DNA of 64,000 bases from Planctomycetia bacterium (GTDB lineage Bacteria > Planctomycetota > Planctomycetia > Pirellulales > PALSA-1355). The notes below the pieces were generated by a model, which was not told where the DNA came from, made no database searches, and saw only the letters and a list, made by a program, of their open reading frames with translations. This document shows, one piece after another, positions 26,925 through 37,816 of the stretch (positions are counted from its first letter, which is position 1; the number at the start of each line of letters is the position of its first letter). The stretch is taken from contig JANNQN010000055.1 in NCBI GenBank assembly GCA_031400775.1, forward strand, positions 9,056 through 73,055, read 5' to 3'. A program made the position numbers and the translations under genes.

Positions 26925-27992
26925 ATGGCCACGGACCGAGCAGCTAGTGTCGCAACAATGGCCTGGGTGGGCGGCGTCGATGGATACTTGACGCTGATCG
27001 ACCAGACGTTGTTGCCCACCGAATTGAAATATATCGAGTGCCGCACGGCACAAACCGTGTGGGAGGCCATCAAGACGCTCCGAGTGCGCGGAGCTCCCGC
27101 GATCAGCATTGCCGCGGCCTATGGTGTCGTGCTCGGGCTGCAAGGAGTCGTGTCGCAGGATGAAGCGAAGTTCCTCACCCAACTGAACCTGGTGGTCGAC
27201 GAGTTGGCGACCAGCAGGCCCACGGCGGTGAATCTGTTTTGGGCCTTGAATCGGATGCAGTCTCGCGCCGAGGCTCTGCGGCACAAGATGTCACCTCGCG
27301 AGATCCTGTCCGTTCTGTTGGGCGAGGCCCGCGCAATCGAAGAACAGGATCGCAAGGAATGTCGTCAGATCGGGCAGTTCGGCGCTAACTTGCTATCGGA
27401 TGGCCAAGGCGTGTTGACGCACTGCAACGCCGGCGGACTAGCCACCGCCGATTACGGCACGGCGCTAGCGCTATTCTTCGCGGCCCAGGAAGCTGGCAAA
27501 CACTTGCACGTTTACGCCTGCGAGACGCGGCCGCTCTTGCAGGGGGCGCGGTTGACCGCCTGGGAACTGCACGAACGAGGGATTCACGTCACCTTGATTT
27601 GCGATTCGATGGCGGCACAAGTCATGCGCGAGGGGCGCGTGACGGCCGTCGTGACCGGCGCCGATCGAATCGCGGCCAATGGCGACACCGCCAACAAGAT
27701 TGGCACCTACGGCCTGGCGGCCTTAGCCGGCGTACACGACATTCCGTTTTACGTAGCCGCGCCCACGAGCACATTTGATTTGTCGATCACCGCGGGCGAT
27801 CAGATTCCGATCGAACAGCGCGATCCACGCGAGATCACGCACGGATTCGGCCGCCAAACAGCGCCCGATGGAATTGATGTCTACAATCCGGCCTTCGACG
27901 TCACGCCCGCCAAAATGATCCGCGCGATCATCTGCGAGCGGGGAGTGATTGAGCCGGTGACGGCGGAGAGAATTACTGAAGTCGTTCGATAG
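26925..27992 (+). CDS. mtnA: S-methyl-5-thioribose-1-phosphate isomerase
   Basis: 'LTLIDQTLLPTELKYIEC', 'IKTLRVRGAPAI', 'LTHCNAGGLATADYGTAL', 'VVTGADRIAANGDTANKIGTY'. Confidence 0.9.
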   Translation: MATDRAASVATMAWVGGVDGYLTLIDQTLLPTELKYIECRTAQTVWEAIKTLRVRGAPAISIAAAYGVVLGLQGVVSQDEAKFLTQLNLVVDELATSRPTAVNLFWALNRMQSRAEALRHKMSPREILSVLLGEARAIEEQDRKECRQIGQFGANLLSDGQGVLTHCNAGGLATADYGTALALFFAAQEAGKHLHVYACETRPLLQGARLTAWELHERGIHVTLICDSMAAQVMREGRVTAVVTGADRIAANGDTANKIGTYGLAALAGVHDIPFYVAAPTSTFDLSITAGDQIPIEQRDPREITHGFGRQTAPDGIDVYNPAFDVTPAKMIRAIICERGVIEPVTAERITEVVR

Positions 27993-28001
27993 ACCTACCG
28001 C

Positions 28002-28724
28002 CTACTTCCTCACCCGCTCCGTCATTTTCGCCACGACCGCGCCGTATTCCTTCCGCGCGGCGCTCAGCCCGGCTGGCGTCTTTTTGCCAGTGCCGTTCAC
28101 ATAGTCGAGGACGATCTTCTCGGCGTCGACGAACGCTTGTGAGATGTCGGCTACTTCCGTGGCGATTGCAATCGGGATGTTAGTCACGCCGTTGGCATCG
28201 CCATGCAACAGATCGCCCGGATCGACGACCAGGCCGCCGACGCGAATCGGCAGGCCAATGTGCAGGATGTGGCAGCAGGCGTGCGAGCAGATGGTCGAGC
28301 CGGTGAACACCGGATAGTCCAGGGCCTTGACCTGCAATAAGTCGCGACCGCCGCCGGAGGTGATCAGGCCCACTGAGCCAAATCCCTTGTAGGTCGAGCA
28401 CATCACTTCGCCAAAGGTCGCCCCCACGGCCGGATCGTCCAGATCTTGAAATACCACCACGGCCGGACCTGGCAGCTCCGCAAAGCCTTCGACCTGCTTT
28501 TCCATCGAGCCGTAGGCATCGCCCTTGCCCGGAAAAGCGCCGGAACGAAACGAGGCCGTGCTGGCGAAGCCGACCATTGGCGGCATCTCGGGAAAGTTGG
28601 CTTTGATCTGGGCGTTCATGAAGCCGGCGTAACGCGGCCGGACATCGAACAACTCGATGACGTTGCAAATCGTGGGCGTGTCGAACTGTGCGAGTCGCTT
28701 GAGCGTGTCGGCGTTGATAGCCAT
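28002..28724 (-). CDS. RraA family protein (aldolase/decarboxylase-type)
   Basis: 240 aa. 'DTPTICNVIE', 'AVVVFQD', 'ATFGEVMCSTYKGFGSVGLITSGGGRD', 'IRVGGLVVDPGDLLHGDANGV'. Confidence 0.75.
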   Translation of the reverse strand: MAINADTLKRLAQFDTPTICNVIELFDVRPRYAGFMNAQIKANFPEMPPMVGFASTASFRSGAFPGKGDAYGSMEKQVEGFAELPGPAVVVFQDLDDPAVGATFGEVMCSTYKGFGSVGLITSGGGRDLLQVKALDYPVFTGSTICSHACCHILHIGLPIRVGGLVVDPGDLLHGDANGVTNIPIAIATEVADISQAFVDAEKIVLDYVNGTGKKTPAGLSAARKEYGAVVAKMTERVRK

Positions 28725-28768
28725 GCAAGATCCCGTGATGAACTAGAAAAAACCGCGACAACGTCGAG

Positions 28769-30196
28769 CTAAATGTCGTAGTACAAGCAGAACTCGTAGG
28801 GATGCGGACGCAGGCGCATCGCATCGACTTCCTTCTCGGTCTTGTACCAGATCCAGGTGTCGATCACGTCAGGCGTGAATACGTCGCCACGCAGCATGAA
28901 TTCGTGATCGCGCCGCAGGGCCGCCAACGCCTCTTCGAGCGAGCCCGGCGTCTTGGGCACCTGAGCCAGTTCCTCGGGCGCAAGATCGTAAATGTCCTTG
29001 TCCAGCGGATCGCCCGGGTGGATCTTGTTCTGAATGCCGTCGATGACCGCCATCAGAATGGCCGCGAACGCCAGGTAGGGATTGCAACTCGGGTCGGGGC
29101 AGCGGAACTCGACCCGTTTGGCCTTGGGGCTGGGGCTGTACATGGGGATCCGGCAACTGGCCGAGCGATTGCGCTGCGAGTAGGCCAGGTTGACCGGCGC
29201 CTCGTAGCCGGGCACCAACCGCTTGTAGCTGTTCGTGGTGGGATTGGAGAACGCCAAAATCGCGGGAGCATGACGCAGCAAACCGCCGATGGCATGCATG
29301 GCCATTTCGCTCAGTCCCGCGTAGCCACTGCCGGCGAACAGGGGGTTGCCCCCCTTCCACAGCGAAACGTGCGTGTGCATTCCCGAGCCATTGTCGCCGA
29401 ACAGCGGTTTGGGCATGAACGTCACGGTTTTTTGATGCCGCGCCGCGACGTTTTTGATGATGTACTTGTAGATCATCATGTTGTCGCCCATGCGAACCAG
29501 GTCGTTGAAGCGCAGGTCGATCTCACTCTGACCGGCCGTGGCCACCTCGTGATGCTGGGCTTCCACGTCCAGACCGCAGTCGATCATCGTCTGCATCATC
29601 TCGTTGCGGATATTCATCATCTGGTCGGCTGGCGGGACCGGGAAATAACCCTCCTTGTAACGCAGCTTGTAGCCCAGGTTGGGATTTTCTTTGCGGCCGC
29701 GGTTCCATTCGCCTTCAATGCTGTCGACGTGGTAGTAGCCTTCGTGGGCGTTCTGATCGAAGCGCACGTCGTCGAAGATGAAAAACTCAGCCTCGGGACC
29801 GATATTGCACGTGTCGGCGATGCCGGTGCTCTTCAGGTAGTTGACCGCTTTGCGGGCCACGTTGCGCGGATCGCGCGAGTAGTCCTCGCGCGTGATCGGA
29901 TCCTGGATATTGCAGATCATCACCAGCGTGGGCAGATCGGTGAAGGGATCGAGAAACGCCGTTTCAGGTTGCGGCACGACGAGCATGTCGCTCTCGTTGA
30001 TCGCCTGCCAGCCGCGAATGCTCGAGCCGTCAAAGCCCAGGCCGTCCTCGAACACGCTCTCTTCGAGCTTGCTGACGGGAATCGTGAAGTGCTGCCAGAG
30101 ACCTGGGAAATCCATGAATCTCAGGTCGACGCTACGAACGTCCTTCTCTCGACAAAGCGCGAGGACTTCTTTGGGAGTCATTTCCTTGGCGGTCAT
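28769..30196 (-). CDS. glnA: glutamine synthetase, type I
   Basis: ATG at 30196 gives 475 aa. '[15 protein letters not shown]', '[15 protein letters not shown]', '[13 protein letters not shown]'. Adenylylation-loop-like '[10 protein letters not shown]'. The 264-codon upstream in-frame extension in the ORF track overlaps the next gene and is rejected. Confidence 0.93.
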   Translation of the reverse strand: MTAKEMTPKEVLALCREKDVRSVDLRFMDFPGLWQHFTIPVSKLEESVFEDGLGFDGSSIRGWQAINESDMLVVPQPETAFLDPFTDLPTLVMICNIQDPITREDYSRDPRNVARKAVNYLKSTGIADTCNIGPEAEFFIFDDVRFDQNAHEGYYHVDSIEGEWNRGRKENPNLGYKLRYKEGYFPVPPADQMMNIRNEMMQTMIDCGLDVEAQHHEVATAGQSEIDLRFNDLVRMGDNMMIYKYIIKNVAARHQKTVTFMPKPLFGDNGSGMHTHVSLWKGGNPLFAGSGYAGLSEMAMHAIGGLLRHAPAILAFSNPTTNSYKRLVPGYEAPVNLAYSQRNRSASCRIPMYSPSPKAKRVEFRCPDPSCNPYLAFAAILMAVIDGIQNKIHPGDPLDKDIYDLAPEELAQVPKTPGSLEEALAALRRDHEFMLRGDVFTPDVIDTWIWYKTEKEVDAMRLRPHPYEFCLYYDI

Positions 30197-30305
30197 GGGG
30201 AGCCCCCTGTTGCTCGAAGACTTGTGCGTTTGATCGAAATTACCGAATTGCGCGCCGCGAAAAGCGCACGGCGCGAGGCCGAAATTCGCGGTAACGAGCA
30301 TCATA

Positions 30306-30321
30306 GGCAATCGGCACGCCG
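30306..30321 (-). promoter_or_regulatory. candidate sigma-54 (-24/-12) promoter upstream of glnA
   Basis: The minus strand reads CGGCGTGCCGATTGCC. GG and TTGC are spaced as in the consensus TGGCAC-N5-TTGC. It lies about 110 nt upstream of the glnA ATG and is embedded in the inverted repeat ATCGGC-ac-GCCGAT. Confidence 0.3.
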
Positions 30322-30363
30322 ATGCAACAGGCGCGCTTTCGCCGGCACAGAAGGGGCCGATCG

Positions 30364-31113
30364 CTACTTCGCCACGCCGTTTCGCACGAGCAGATAGGCG
30401 TAGCTGGTCAGCAGCGGCGAGGGATGCCGCACGAGAAAATTGGCCAGCGCCCCGTGCACGCGGCGAACGGCCGGCACGCGGGCGTAATAGTTGTGTCCAA
30501 AGAAACCGCGGTAATCGAGAACCGCGTATCCCAGCCGTTCGAGCCGGCGGATTTGGCCGGCCGTGGGTCCACGGCACCAACTGTAGTAGGCGGCAAACTT
30601 CTTTTCGCGCACCGGATCGCGCGGCGCAAAGGCCCTCAGCAACCGAGCGGTCCAAGCCGGCTTCATCAGCCTGTTGGCGAGAAACGGCGGGCAGTACAAA
30701 GTGGGAAAGAAATGAAACGCCACGCCTCCCGGCTCGAGCATCTTCAGCACGTTGCGATGAAACTGCCCGCCGTCGGGAACGTGCTCCAGCAGCATTCGCG
30801 AGAACACGAAATCGAATCGCGCGGGCATATCCAACCGAGGGTCGCAGACGTCCGCTTGCAGCCTGGCATAGCCGGCCGGCGCCTTGGCCAACTCTTCGGC
30901 CGAGATATCCAACAGCGTGTATTCCAGCCCTCGCGCCGCGATGTCTTCCAACGAAAGTGCCGGGTTCGCTCCGCCCCCCAGTTCGCACACCCGGCGGGGC
31001 TTGAATCGATCGAGCAGGTTAGCGAGCCCCTGCGGATACTCCGACCAGGCCGACTGGGCGTTGCCGTAGGCGATCTGGGCGCTACCGCGGATGATGGGTC
31101 GTGCGAGCGGCAT
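30364..31113 (-). CDS. class I SAM-dependent methyltransferase
   Basis: '[15 protein letters not shown]', '[11 protein letters not shown]', '[16 protein letters not shown]', '[13 protein letters not shown]'. ATG at 31113 avoids overlap with the upstream gene. Confidence 0.75.
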   Translation of the reverse strand: MPLARPIIRGSAQIAYGNAQSAWSEYPQGLANLLDRFKPRRVCELGGGANPALSLEDIAARGLEYTLLDISAEELAKAPAGYARLQADVCDPRLDMPARFDFVFSRMLLEHVPDGGQFHRNVLKMLEPGGVAFHFFPTLYCPPFLANRLMKPAWTARLLRAFAPRDPVREKKFAAYYSWCRGPTAGQIRRLERLGYAVLDYRGFFGHNYYARVPAVRRVHGALANFLVRHPSPLLTSYAYLLVRNGVAK

Positions 31114-31132
31114 CGCGGATGCTCCCGGCGCC

Positions 31133-32455
31133 TCAGACGCTCGTCTGATCGACGAGGTAGCGGAATTTATTCTGCCAGCCTCGCCGCTCCAGGCCCGCAA
31201 AGTTGGTGAACTCCAGCTCGACCCGATTGCCCCACCATTGCTCGACCCGTCGCGAAATGGCCGGGTGCCGTCCGGCGTCGGGCACGACCAGCCGCAAGGT
31301 CAGCGCGCCGTCCAACCGTTGTTCGACCTGGAACTCGTCGACTCCGTCGAGGCGGTCGACCAGGTCTTGTATATAGTGCGTGGGGAATTTCTTCGCGCCG
31401 ATTTGCACGACATCGTGGACGCGTCCCACGATTCGGCTGACGTAGAGTCCGTCGTCCTCGCGGATCAGCTCGGCCAGGTCCCCGGTCTGATACCGCACTA
31501 GCGGCATCGCCTCGTTGAGCAAGCCCGAGAGCACCAACTCGGTCGAGCCGCTCTCGTGGTCGATCGTTTCGGGCCAGGCCACGGCGTCCAACACCCGCAA
31601 GCGATTGCTGGGCTCGGAGATTTGCTCATAAGCCACGACGCCGAACTCGGCGTTGCCGAAGCGATCGATCACGCGGCAGTGAAACGTGCTCTCGATCAGC
31701 TCGCGCTTCTTGGGATCGAGCACTTCGCCGGTCGATTCGAACACCTGAAACACGCCTGATGCGTCGCGGCGATTGTCTCGCAGGTGTACTGCCAGGGCGT
31801 AGAGCGTGGAGGGATGGCCCTGCAACAAGTAGGGACGAAATCGAGCCAGTTCCCGCCACAGCGCGTCGAGTCCGTTGGGTTCGAAAGTATCGATATAGAT
31901 ATTGGCCCGATTCGTGGCCAGACATTTCAGCCGTTCCTTGAAGCGGTCCTTCCAGGGAAAGACCTCTGGGAAGCGGCTGGCCAGGTGCGCCTCTTTCATG
32001 CCCAGCGACTTGCCGGCCCATTCGCGCGCGGCCAGATTGACCGCCGCGCTCCAATCCAGAGCTTCGTCGTCGTAATAGATTGGCGTCGTGGGACCGGTCG
32101 ATCCGCCCGTCTTGCGGAGGTGGAGCTTCTCGCGGGCGAAGCGCTCGGAGAGGAGCCGCACGCCTTGCTCGCGAACGATGTCCTTGGTCAGGAAGGGAAG
32201 GTCCTCGAGATACCGCTGGTCGCGAGCGATTCGCCGCGGATCGAACGCGCAAGTTCGCACCAGATCTCGGTAGTAAGGCACGTCGCAGGCCGCCCGCTCG
32301 ATCACACCGGCCAACCGCTCCAATCGCCGGCGACGCCGCTCGGCAAACGGAAGAGCCATCTCGACGCGCAGCGCGGTGACTTTCCGGCGGATGTCTCGCC
32401 CCGTCCAGCGCTCGGCCAGAGGGTACGCGATCCAGGCGTTCAAGTAGCGGTGCAC
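31133..32455 (-). CDS. phenylacetate-CoA ligase family adenylate-forming enzyme (CapK / F390-synthetase-like)
   Basis: 440 aa. 'LRKTGGSTGPTTPIYY' (adenylation motif), 'YLLQGHPSTLYALA', 'FESTGEVL', 'RYQTGDLAE'. Confidence 0.8.
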   Translation of the reverse strand: MHRYLNAWIAYPLAERWTGRDIRRKVTALRVEMALPFAERRRRRLERLAGVIERAACDVPYYRDLVRTCAFDPRRIARDQRYLEDLPFLTKDIVREQGVRLLSERFAREKLHLRKTGGSTGPTTPIYYDDEALDWSAAVNLAAREWAGKSLGMKEAHLASRFPEVFPWKDRFKERLKCLATNRANIYIDTFEPNGLDALWRELARFRPYLLQGHPSTLYALAVHLRDNRRDASGVFQVFESTGEVLDPKKRELIESTFHCRVIDRFGNAEFGVVAYEQISEPSNRLRVLDAVAWPETIDHESGSTELVLSGLLNEAMPLVRYQTGDLAELIREDDGLYVSRIVGRVHDVVQIGAKKFPTHYIQDLVDRLDGVDEFQVEQRLDGALTLRLVVPDAGRHPAISRRVEQWWGNRVELEFTNFAGLERRGWQNKFRYLVDQTSV

Positions 32456-32736
32456 GCGGCGGGATCCTACAAGGCTGGCAATTGGGGCAAAAGGCGTCGA
32501 TCTGGCGCGTCGTGGCGGGGGGTATCTTCCTCAAATCGGCAGACAGCGGCAAGATCAGTTTCGTGGCGGATTCTGGGCGTGATCGCGACACAAAATCGGC
32601 CCTGTTCGACCAGGCTGCCGGCAGCGCAATGGTCCACTGCGAGAGCGCAAAAAAAGACCCTGGCCGCAGACGCTGGGGGTCCGGACCAGGGTCGTCGTGA
32701 ACTCCAAGTCGAGTCGCGTTCGTCAAAAGGATGCGA

Positions 32737-34914
32737 CTACTTGATAAACAACATTTCACGGTAGGTGGGCAGCGGCCACAGGTCGTCGGCGACAATGCCT
32801 TCGAGCTTGTCGGCTACTTCGCGGACGGCTTTCATCGCGGGGATGACGTCGTGCTGGAAGTGCTTCGCCTCGGCCATCAGATCGCCGCCGCCGTGATGGC
32901 TCGTAACTGCCTCAAGGCCAGCGATGCTCTTCTCCAAGTCGGCGACCAATTGAGTGACCGTTTGCAAGGTCCCGATATGGACGTTTCCGCCCAGGGCCGT
33001 CTTGAGCGAAGCGGCTGTGGCGGCCAATTCACCCTGGTAGCGATAGGCGGCTGGCAAGATCATCGTTTTGGCGATGTTGAGCGCCGCGGCGCTTTCGGTG
33101 TTGATGTCCTTGCAATACCGCTCCATGTAGATGTCGTAGCGGCTGTGTGCCTCGCGTTCGCTGAGCACGCCGTACTTTTCGAATACGGCCAGGTTCTTCT
33201 TGGCAATCAATGCCGGCAAGGCCTCGATCGTGTTTTTCAAGTTCGGCAATCCGCGCTTCGAAGCTTCCTGGTGCCACTCCTCCGTGTAATTGTCACCGTT
33301 GAAGATGATTCCCTTGTGCTCCTTGATGACGTCTTGCACCACCTTTTGCACGGCCGCATTGAGCTTGGCCGGATCGCCGCCCGTGGCCTTTTCCAATTGC
33401 GTGGCGACCTCGTCCAGGCTCTCGGCCACGATCGTGTTGAGCACCACCAGCGGCCCGGCGATGGATTGGCTCGAGCCCACGGCGCGGAACTCGAACTTGT
33501 TCCCCGTGAAGGCAAACGGGCTCGTGCGGTTGCGATCGCCCGCATGCTTGGGCAGGGGTGGTAACGTGTCGACGCCGATCGTCAGGGTACCGGCCCGCTT
33601 CGAATTCGTGGCCCCTCCCTTTTCGATTTGCTCGAAGACGTCGGTCAACTGGTCGCCCAGGAAGATCGAGATGATCGCCGGCGGAGCTTCGTTGGCGCCC
33701 AGACGGTGATCGTTACCGCTGTGGGCGACGGTGACGCGCAACAAGTCGGCGTGCATATGGACCGCGCGGATCACGGCCGCGCAGAACACCAGGAACTGGG
33801 CGTTCTCGTGCGGATTGTCCCCCGGCTCCAGCAAGTTGCCCACCGAGCACCCCATCGACCAGTTGACGTGTTTGCCCGAGCCGTTGATGCCAGCGAAAGG
33901 TTTCTCGTGCAACAGGCACGACATGCCATACTTCTGCGCCACGCGCTGCAAGGTGATCATGATCAATTGCTGATGATCGGTGGCTACGTTCGCATTCTCG
34001 TAGACCGGCGCCAGTTCGTATTGCGCGGGCGCGACTTCGTTGTGACGCGTCTTGACCGGGACGCCCAGTTTGTAGAGCTCGCGCTCGGTCTCGAGCATGC
34101 AAGCCAGGACACGCTCCGGAATCGCGCCGAAGTAATGATCCTCGAACTCCTGGCCCTTGGGCGGCTTGGCGCCGTACAAGGTTCGGCCGCAGGTGATGAG
34201 ATCTGGCCGCGAGAAGAAGAAGTTGCGGTCGATCAGGAAATACTCCTGCTCGGGACCCGCCGTGGCCGTTACCGGGCTGGGGTTCATATGGCCGAACAAC
34301 TTCAAGATTCGCTGCGCCTGCTTGTTGAGGGCCTGCATCGAGCGCAGCACGGGCGTTTTCTTATCCAATGCCTCGCCGGTCCACGAACAGAAGGCCGTGG
34401 GGATGCACAGCGTCGTGCCGTTGGGATTCTCGAGAATGTAGGCCGGGCTGGTCGGGTCCCAGGCCGTGTATCCGCGGGCCTCGAACGTGGCGCGAATGCC
34501 CCCCGAGGGAAAACTGGACGCATCCGGCTCGCCTTGAATCAACTCCTTGCCCGAAAATTCGATCAACGCCCCGCCGTCTTCGCTCGGCGAGAGAAAGCTG
34601 TCGTGTTTTTCGGCGGTCAAACCGGTCAAAGGATAAAACACGTGCGCATAGTGGGTGGCGCCTTTCTCGATGGCCCAATCCTTCATGGCCGAGGCGACCG
34701 CGTCGGCAACGCTGCCATCGAGCTTCTCGCCCTGCTTGATCGTCCGCTGCAGCGCTTTGTAGGCGCTCTTCGGCAGGCGATCCTTCATGACTTTGTCGTT
34801 GAACACATTGCAGGCGAACAGGTTCGCCGAGGGCGTTTCCCGAAAGTTCAGGGCCTGCCCATTCGATTTGTAATTGGTGACTGCCGCGATGGCGTCCTGG
34901 CGTGCACTACTCAA
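32737..34914 (-). CDS. glnN: glutamine synthetase, type III
   Basis: 725 aa. '[21 protein letters not shown]', '[11 protein letters not shown]', '[17 protein letters not shown]'. TTG start preceded by 'AGGAG' 8 nt upstream. Confidence 0.92.
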   Translation of the reverse strand: MSSARQDAIAAVTNYKSNGQALNFRETPSANLFACNVFNDKVMKDRLPKSAYKALQRTIKQGEKLDGSVADAVASAMKDWAIEKGATHYAHVFYPLTGLTAEKHDSFLSPSEDGGALIEFSGKELIQGEPDASSFPSGGIRATFEARGYTAWDPTSPAYILENPNGTTLCIPTAFCSWTGEALDKKTPVLRSMQALNKQAQRILKLFGHMNPSPVTATAGPEQEYFLIDRNFFFSRPDLITCGRTLYGAKPPKGQEFEDHYFGAIPERVLACMLETERELYKLGVPVKTRHNEVAPAQYELAPVYENANVATDHQQLIMITLQRVAQKYGMSCLLHEKPFAGINGSGKHVNWSMGCSVGNLLEPGDNPHENAQFLVFCAAVIRAVHMHADLLRVTVAHSGNDHRLGANEAPPAIISIFLGDQLTDVFEQIEKGGATNSKRAGTLTIGVDTLPPLPKHAGDRNRTSPFAFTGNKFEFRAVGSSQSIAGPLVVLNTIVAESLDEVATQLEKATGGDPAKLNAAVQKVVQDVIKEHKGIIFNGDNYTEEWHQEASKRGLPNLKNTIEALPALIAKKNLAVFEKYGVLSEREAHSRYDIYMERYCKDINTESAAALNIAKTMILPAAYRYQGELAATAASLKTALGGNVHIGTLQTVTQLVADLEKSIAGLEAVTSHHGGGDLMAEAKHFQHDVIPAMKAVREVADKLEGIVADDLWPLPTYREMLFIK

Positions 34915-34983
34915 GGTCTCGACTCCTGCCTAAGAATGTGAGGGACTTTAGAATTCGCGCGCAGCGCGTCAGGGGGTCGGGTG

Positions 34984-34999
34984 TGCAAATCGTGCGCCG
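34984..34999 (-). promoter_or_regulatory. candidate sigma-54 (-24/-12) promoter upstream of glnN
   Basis: The minus strand reads CGGCGCACGATTTGCA. GG-N10-GC spacing is correct and the -12 TTGCA is perfect. It lies about 70 nt upstream of the glnN start. Confidence 0.35.
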
Positions 35000-35206
35000 A
35001 CCGCTGGCAAGACCTGCTTGCTAAGCTCGGCGCGTTGGTATGTCCATGCTCGCAATGAGGTTACACTTGGCTAGCCTGCGGTGCGTTCAACCCCTCGAGG
35101 GCGAGTTGGCCGCTTAAAGACTATGCAGCCACACGCCGGCCATCAGTTTAGCGGCTGAATTTGTAAGCACAAGCAAATCCTGGCAGGGGGATAGGCCTGC
35201 TCCGTT

Positions 35207-37600
35207 TCACGATTGCACGACGGCCGGATCGACGATCGATTCGTCGTCAAAGCTCGCGAGCCGAACTCGGGACTCCGGCGGTCCACCGCCCCCCTGCCCT
35301 CGGCGCTCCAGGAGCGCCAGAAACGCCGGCACCAGAATGGGCCGCACCACGCAGGTATCCAGCATCACGCCCAGCGCCAGGGCGAAACCCAGCTCCAGCA
35401 TGCCGCGCAGGGTGCTGCTCATCATCGAGATGAACGTGCCTGCCATGATGATGCCGCAACTGGTGATGATGCCGCCGGTGCGCGCCACGGCCCGACGCAG
35501 CCCCTCGATCGGTCCTCGCAGGCGCTGCTCTTCCAGGACTCGCGTAACCAGGTAGATGTTGTAGTCTTCACCCACCGCGATCAGGATGACGAACAAGAAG
35601 ATGGGTACCTTCCAGTCCAGCCCGTGATAGGCCTCGCCGTACAGCCAGGAAAAATACACCTGCGTCAGGCCGATCGTGACAAAGTAGCTCAACAGCACCG
35701 ACAAGATCAGGTACATGCACACCAGCGGCCGCCGCAACAGCACGATCAACACCGCCAACACGGCCAGCACGACCAGTTTCTGAATCAGCCAGCGGTCGCT
35801 TTCGGTGACCTGCGCCAGATCGCGAATGCCGACGGTCGTGCCCACGTAGGCGAATTTCGTGCCCTGCCAGGGCGAGCCGGGTTCGTCGCGCAAGCCGTCG
35901 AGAAACCGCTCGACCCGATCGAGCGTCTGCAAGGCCTGGGGCGAAAAGGGCTCGTCGCGAAAGACCAGATCGAAACGCGCTACGTCGCCGGCCAACTCCG
36001 GCACCTGCGTCAAGAACCGGGACTTGGTGATCTTGTGCCGCCGGGCTGCCAACTTCTTCAGCCCGCTCGAACGAAACGGCTGAAAGTATCCCGGTGTATC
36101 GCCGGTCGGCTCCGACATGCTGCGCACGGAGGAAATGCCATCGAGTTCGTAGAATTGCTTGGTGAGCCGTCCGATTTCGCGCTCGCCGTCGGGCTGGTTG
36201 AAATGTGCATCCTGCTTGAGCGCCAAGACGGTGATCGGCGCCATCTCTCCGGCCGGAAAATGCCGCTTGGCCAGTTCGGCCCCTTGGACGCTCGGCGAGC
36301 TGGGCTCCAACTCGCTGAGAAAGTCGTACGTCAGCTCGACCGAAAGCCCTCGCCAGGCCATCGGCGCCAACAGCAACAGGCTGGCCACGAGAATTAAACC
36401 GGGATGCGAAGTGATGACGCGACTGGCCCACTCCCAGAAACGATTGGCGGGCCGCTCATCCGTCTCCTGCTGCTCGAGCGTGCCAGTCCGCCGGGCGCGA
36501 ACGCCAAATGGCCAGAACACGGCCCGTCCACTGGCGCGAAGCAGGGCAGGGGCCAAAGTCAAGCAGGCCAACAGCGTAATCGCCAGGCACACGGCGATGG
36601 CCGGCCCGCTGTTGCGAAACTTGCCGAAGTCGGCGAAGTACATCGTGCCCAAGCCGACAATCGTGGTCATGGCGCTGCCGACCAGCGCGCCGCCGACGCG
36701 TCCTACCGCTTCGGCCGCGGCCGTCGCCTGATCCAAGCCGCGCTCCAGTTCTTCTTTGTAGCGCGCGATCAGAAACAGGCAGAAATCCGTGCCGGCGCCA
36801 AACAAGATCACGACGATGAAGATTTTCGTGGTGGTAAAGACCTTGAAGTTCCACCATGAGAAACCGTCGACCTTCGAAACCTGCGTAGCCAGCGCCAAGA
36901 TGTCGATCGAAACGAACAACGACACGCCGATCGTCACCAGTGGAATCGATACCAACAGCGGAGCCCGATAAACGACCAACAAGATGATGATCACCAGGGC
37001 CACGGTGATCAGCTCGGTGCTCTTGATGCTCTCGGCCGCGGAGCGGAGCATGTCGCCCCCCACGGCGGCCGGACCGCTGATGCCGACATTCAAGCCCGCA
37101 GGAGCCTTCTCGCGCGACTTGGCCAGCAGTCGCTGCACTTCCTCGATCAAGACGATGTTGCCGGCGGCCATGAACTCGTTCTTGATTTGCAATAGCGTGA
37201 CCGCGGCCTGGCCGTTGGCGCTTACTCGGCTGGTGAGCTTGTCGCCGATGACGTCGGTGTTTCGATTGCGGACCTCGACGATCGGCAGTTCGCTTTGATG
37301 CTGACGGAACAGTTCAGCCAGCGAGTCGGACCAAAGCAGATCGGCCGGCGACAGCGGGCCGTCGGGCCGCTCGACCACGACCGCCATTTCGCTTTTGCTC
37401 AACTGCGCGGGAAAGGCTTGGTTCAGCAGCCGCTCGCCCTCGACGCTGGGGAGCGAGGCCGGAAGGTAGGCCAGATCGCCGTCGTGCGTGACGTCGTTCC
37501 AGCGCGGCGCGACGCGGTGAAGCCCCACCGCCAACAGCAACCAACAAACGACCACCAGGGCCCATCGTCGCGCAATCAATGCCCCCAGCCAGTCGAACAT
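35207..37600 (-). CDS. MMPL/RND-superfamily transporter
   Basis: ATG at 37600 gives 797 aa. Two blocks of ~6 TM helices are separated by large soluble domains. 'GTDFCLFLIARYKEEL' and 'GEDYNIYLVTRVLEE' are the duplicated MMPL motifs. Confidence 0.85.
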   Translation of the reverse strand: MFDWLGALIARRWALVVVCWLLLAVGLHRVAPRWNDVTHDGDLAYLPASLPSVEGERLLNQAFPAQLSKSEMAVVVERPDGPLSPADLLWSDSLAELFRQHQSELPIVEVRNRNTDVIGDKLTSRVSANGQAAVTLLQIKNEFMAAGNIVLIEEVQRLLAKSREKAPAGLNVGISGPAAVGGDMLRSAAESIKSTELITVALVIIILLVVYRAPLLVSIPLVTIGVSLFVSIDILALATQVSKVDGFSWWNFKVFTTTKIFIVVILFGAGTDFCLFLIARYKEELERGLDQATAAAEAVGRVGGALVGSAMTTIVGLGTMYFADFGKFRNSGPAIAVCLAITLLACLTLAPALLRASGRAVFWPFGVRARRTGTLEQQETDERPANRFWEWASRVITSHPGLILVASLLLLAPMAWRGLSVELTYDFLSELEPSSPSVQGAELAKRHFPAGEMAPITVLALKQDAHFNQPDGEREIGRLTKQFYELDGISSVRSMSEPTGDTPGYFQPFRSSGLKKLAARRHKITKSRFLTQVPELAGDVARFDLVFRDEPFSPQALQTLDRVERFLDGLRDEPGSPWQGTKFAYVGTTVGIRDLAQVTESDRWLIQKLVVLAVLAVLIVLLRRPLVCMYLILSVLLSYFVTIGLTQVYFSWLYGEAYHGLDWKVPIFLFVILIAVGEDYNIYLVTRVLEEQRLRGPIEGLRRAVARTGGIITSCGIIMAGTFISMMSSTLRGMLELGFALALGVMLDTCVVRPILVPAFLALLERRGQGGGGPPESRVRLASFDDESIVDPAVVQS

Positions 37601-37816
37601 GCACCGCACTTCCCGTGGATTCGTGAATTGCCGATGGCTCTGGTTCAAGAGAGCCCGCCCACGAATACAAATCCTAGCGGTTTGCGAAGGCAAATCCAAG
37701 CTGCCGGGTGCTGGCAAATGAGCGCGACGGGCCATCCTACTGGGAAACTACAAGACGGCGGCCACTCCTTGTCACGCAAATGTCGGATGATGCTTTGCGA
37801 TCCAGGCCTTAACATC

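Noticed and set aside
30197-30988. 264-codon in-frame N-terminal extension of glnA in the ORF track. Similar extensions occur at 46329-46559, 16117-16272, 37601-37735 and 17389-17553.
   Set aside because: - The extensions are Arg-rich and overlap neighbouring well-supported genes.
- They precede internal ATGs that give canonical N-termini or signal peptides.
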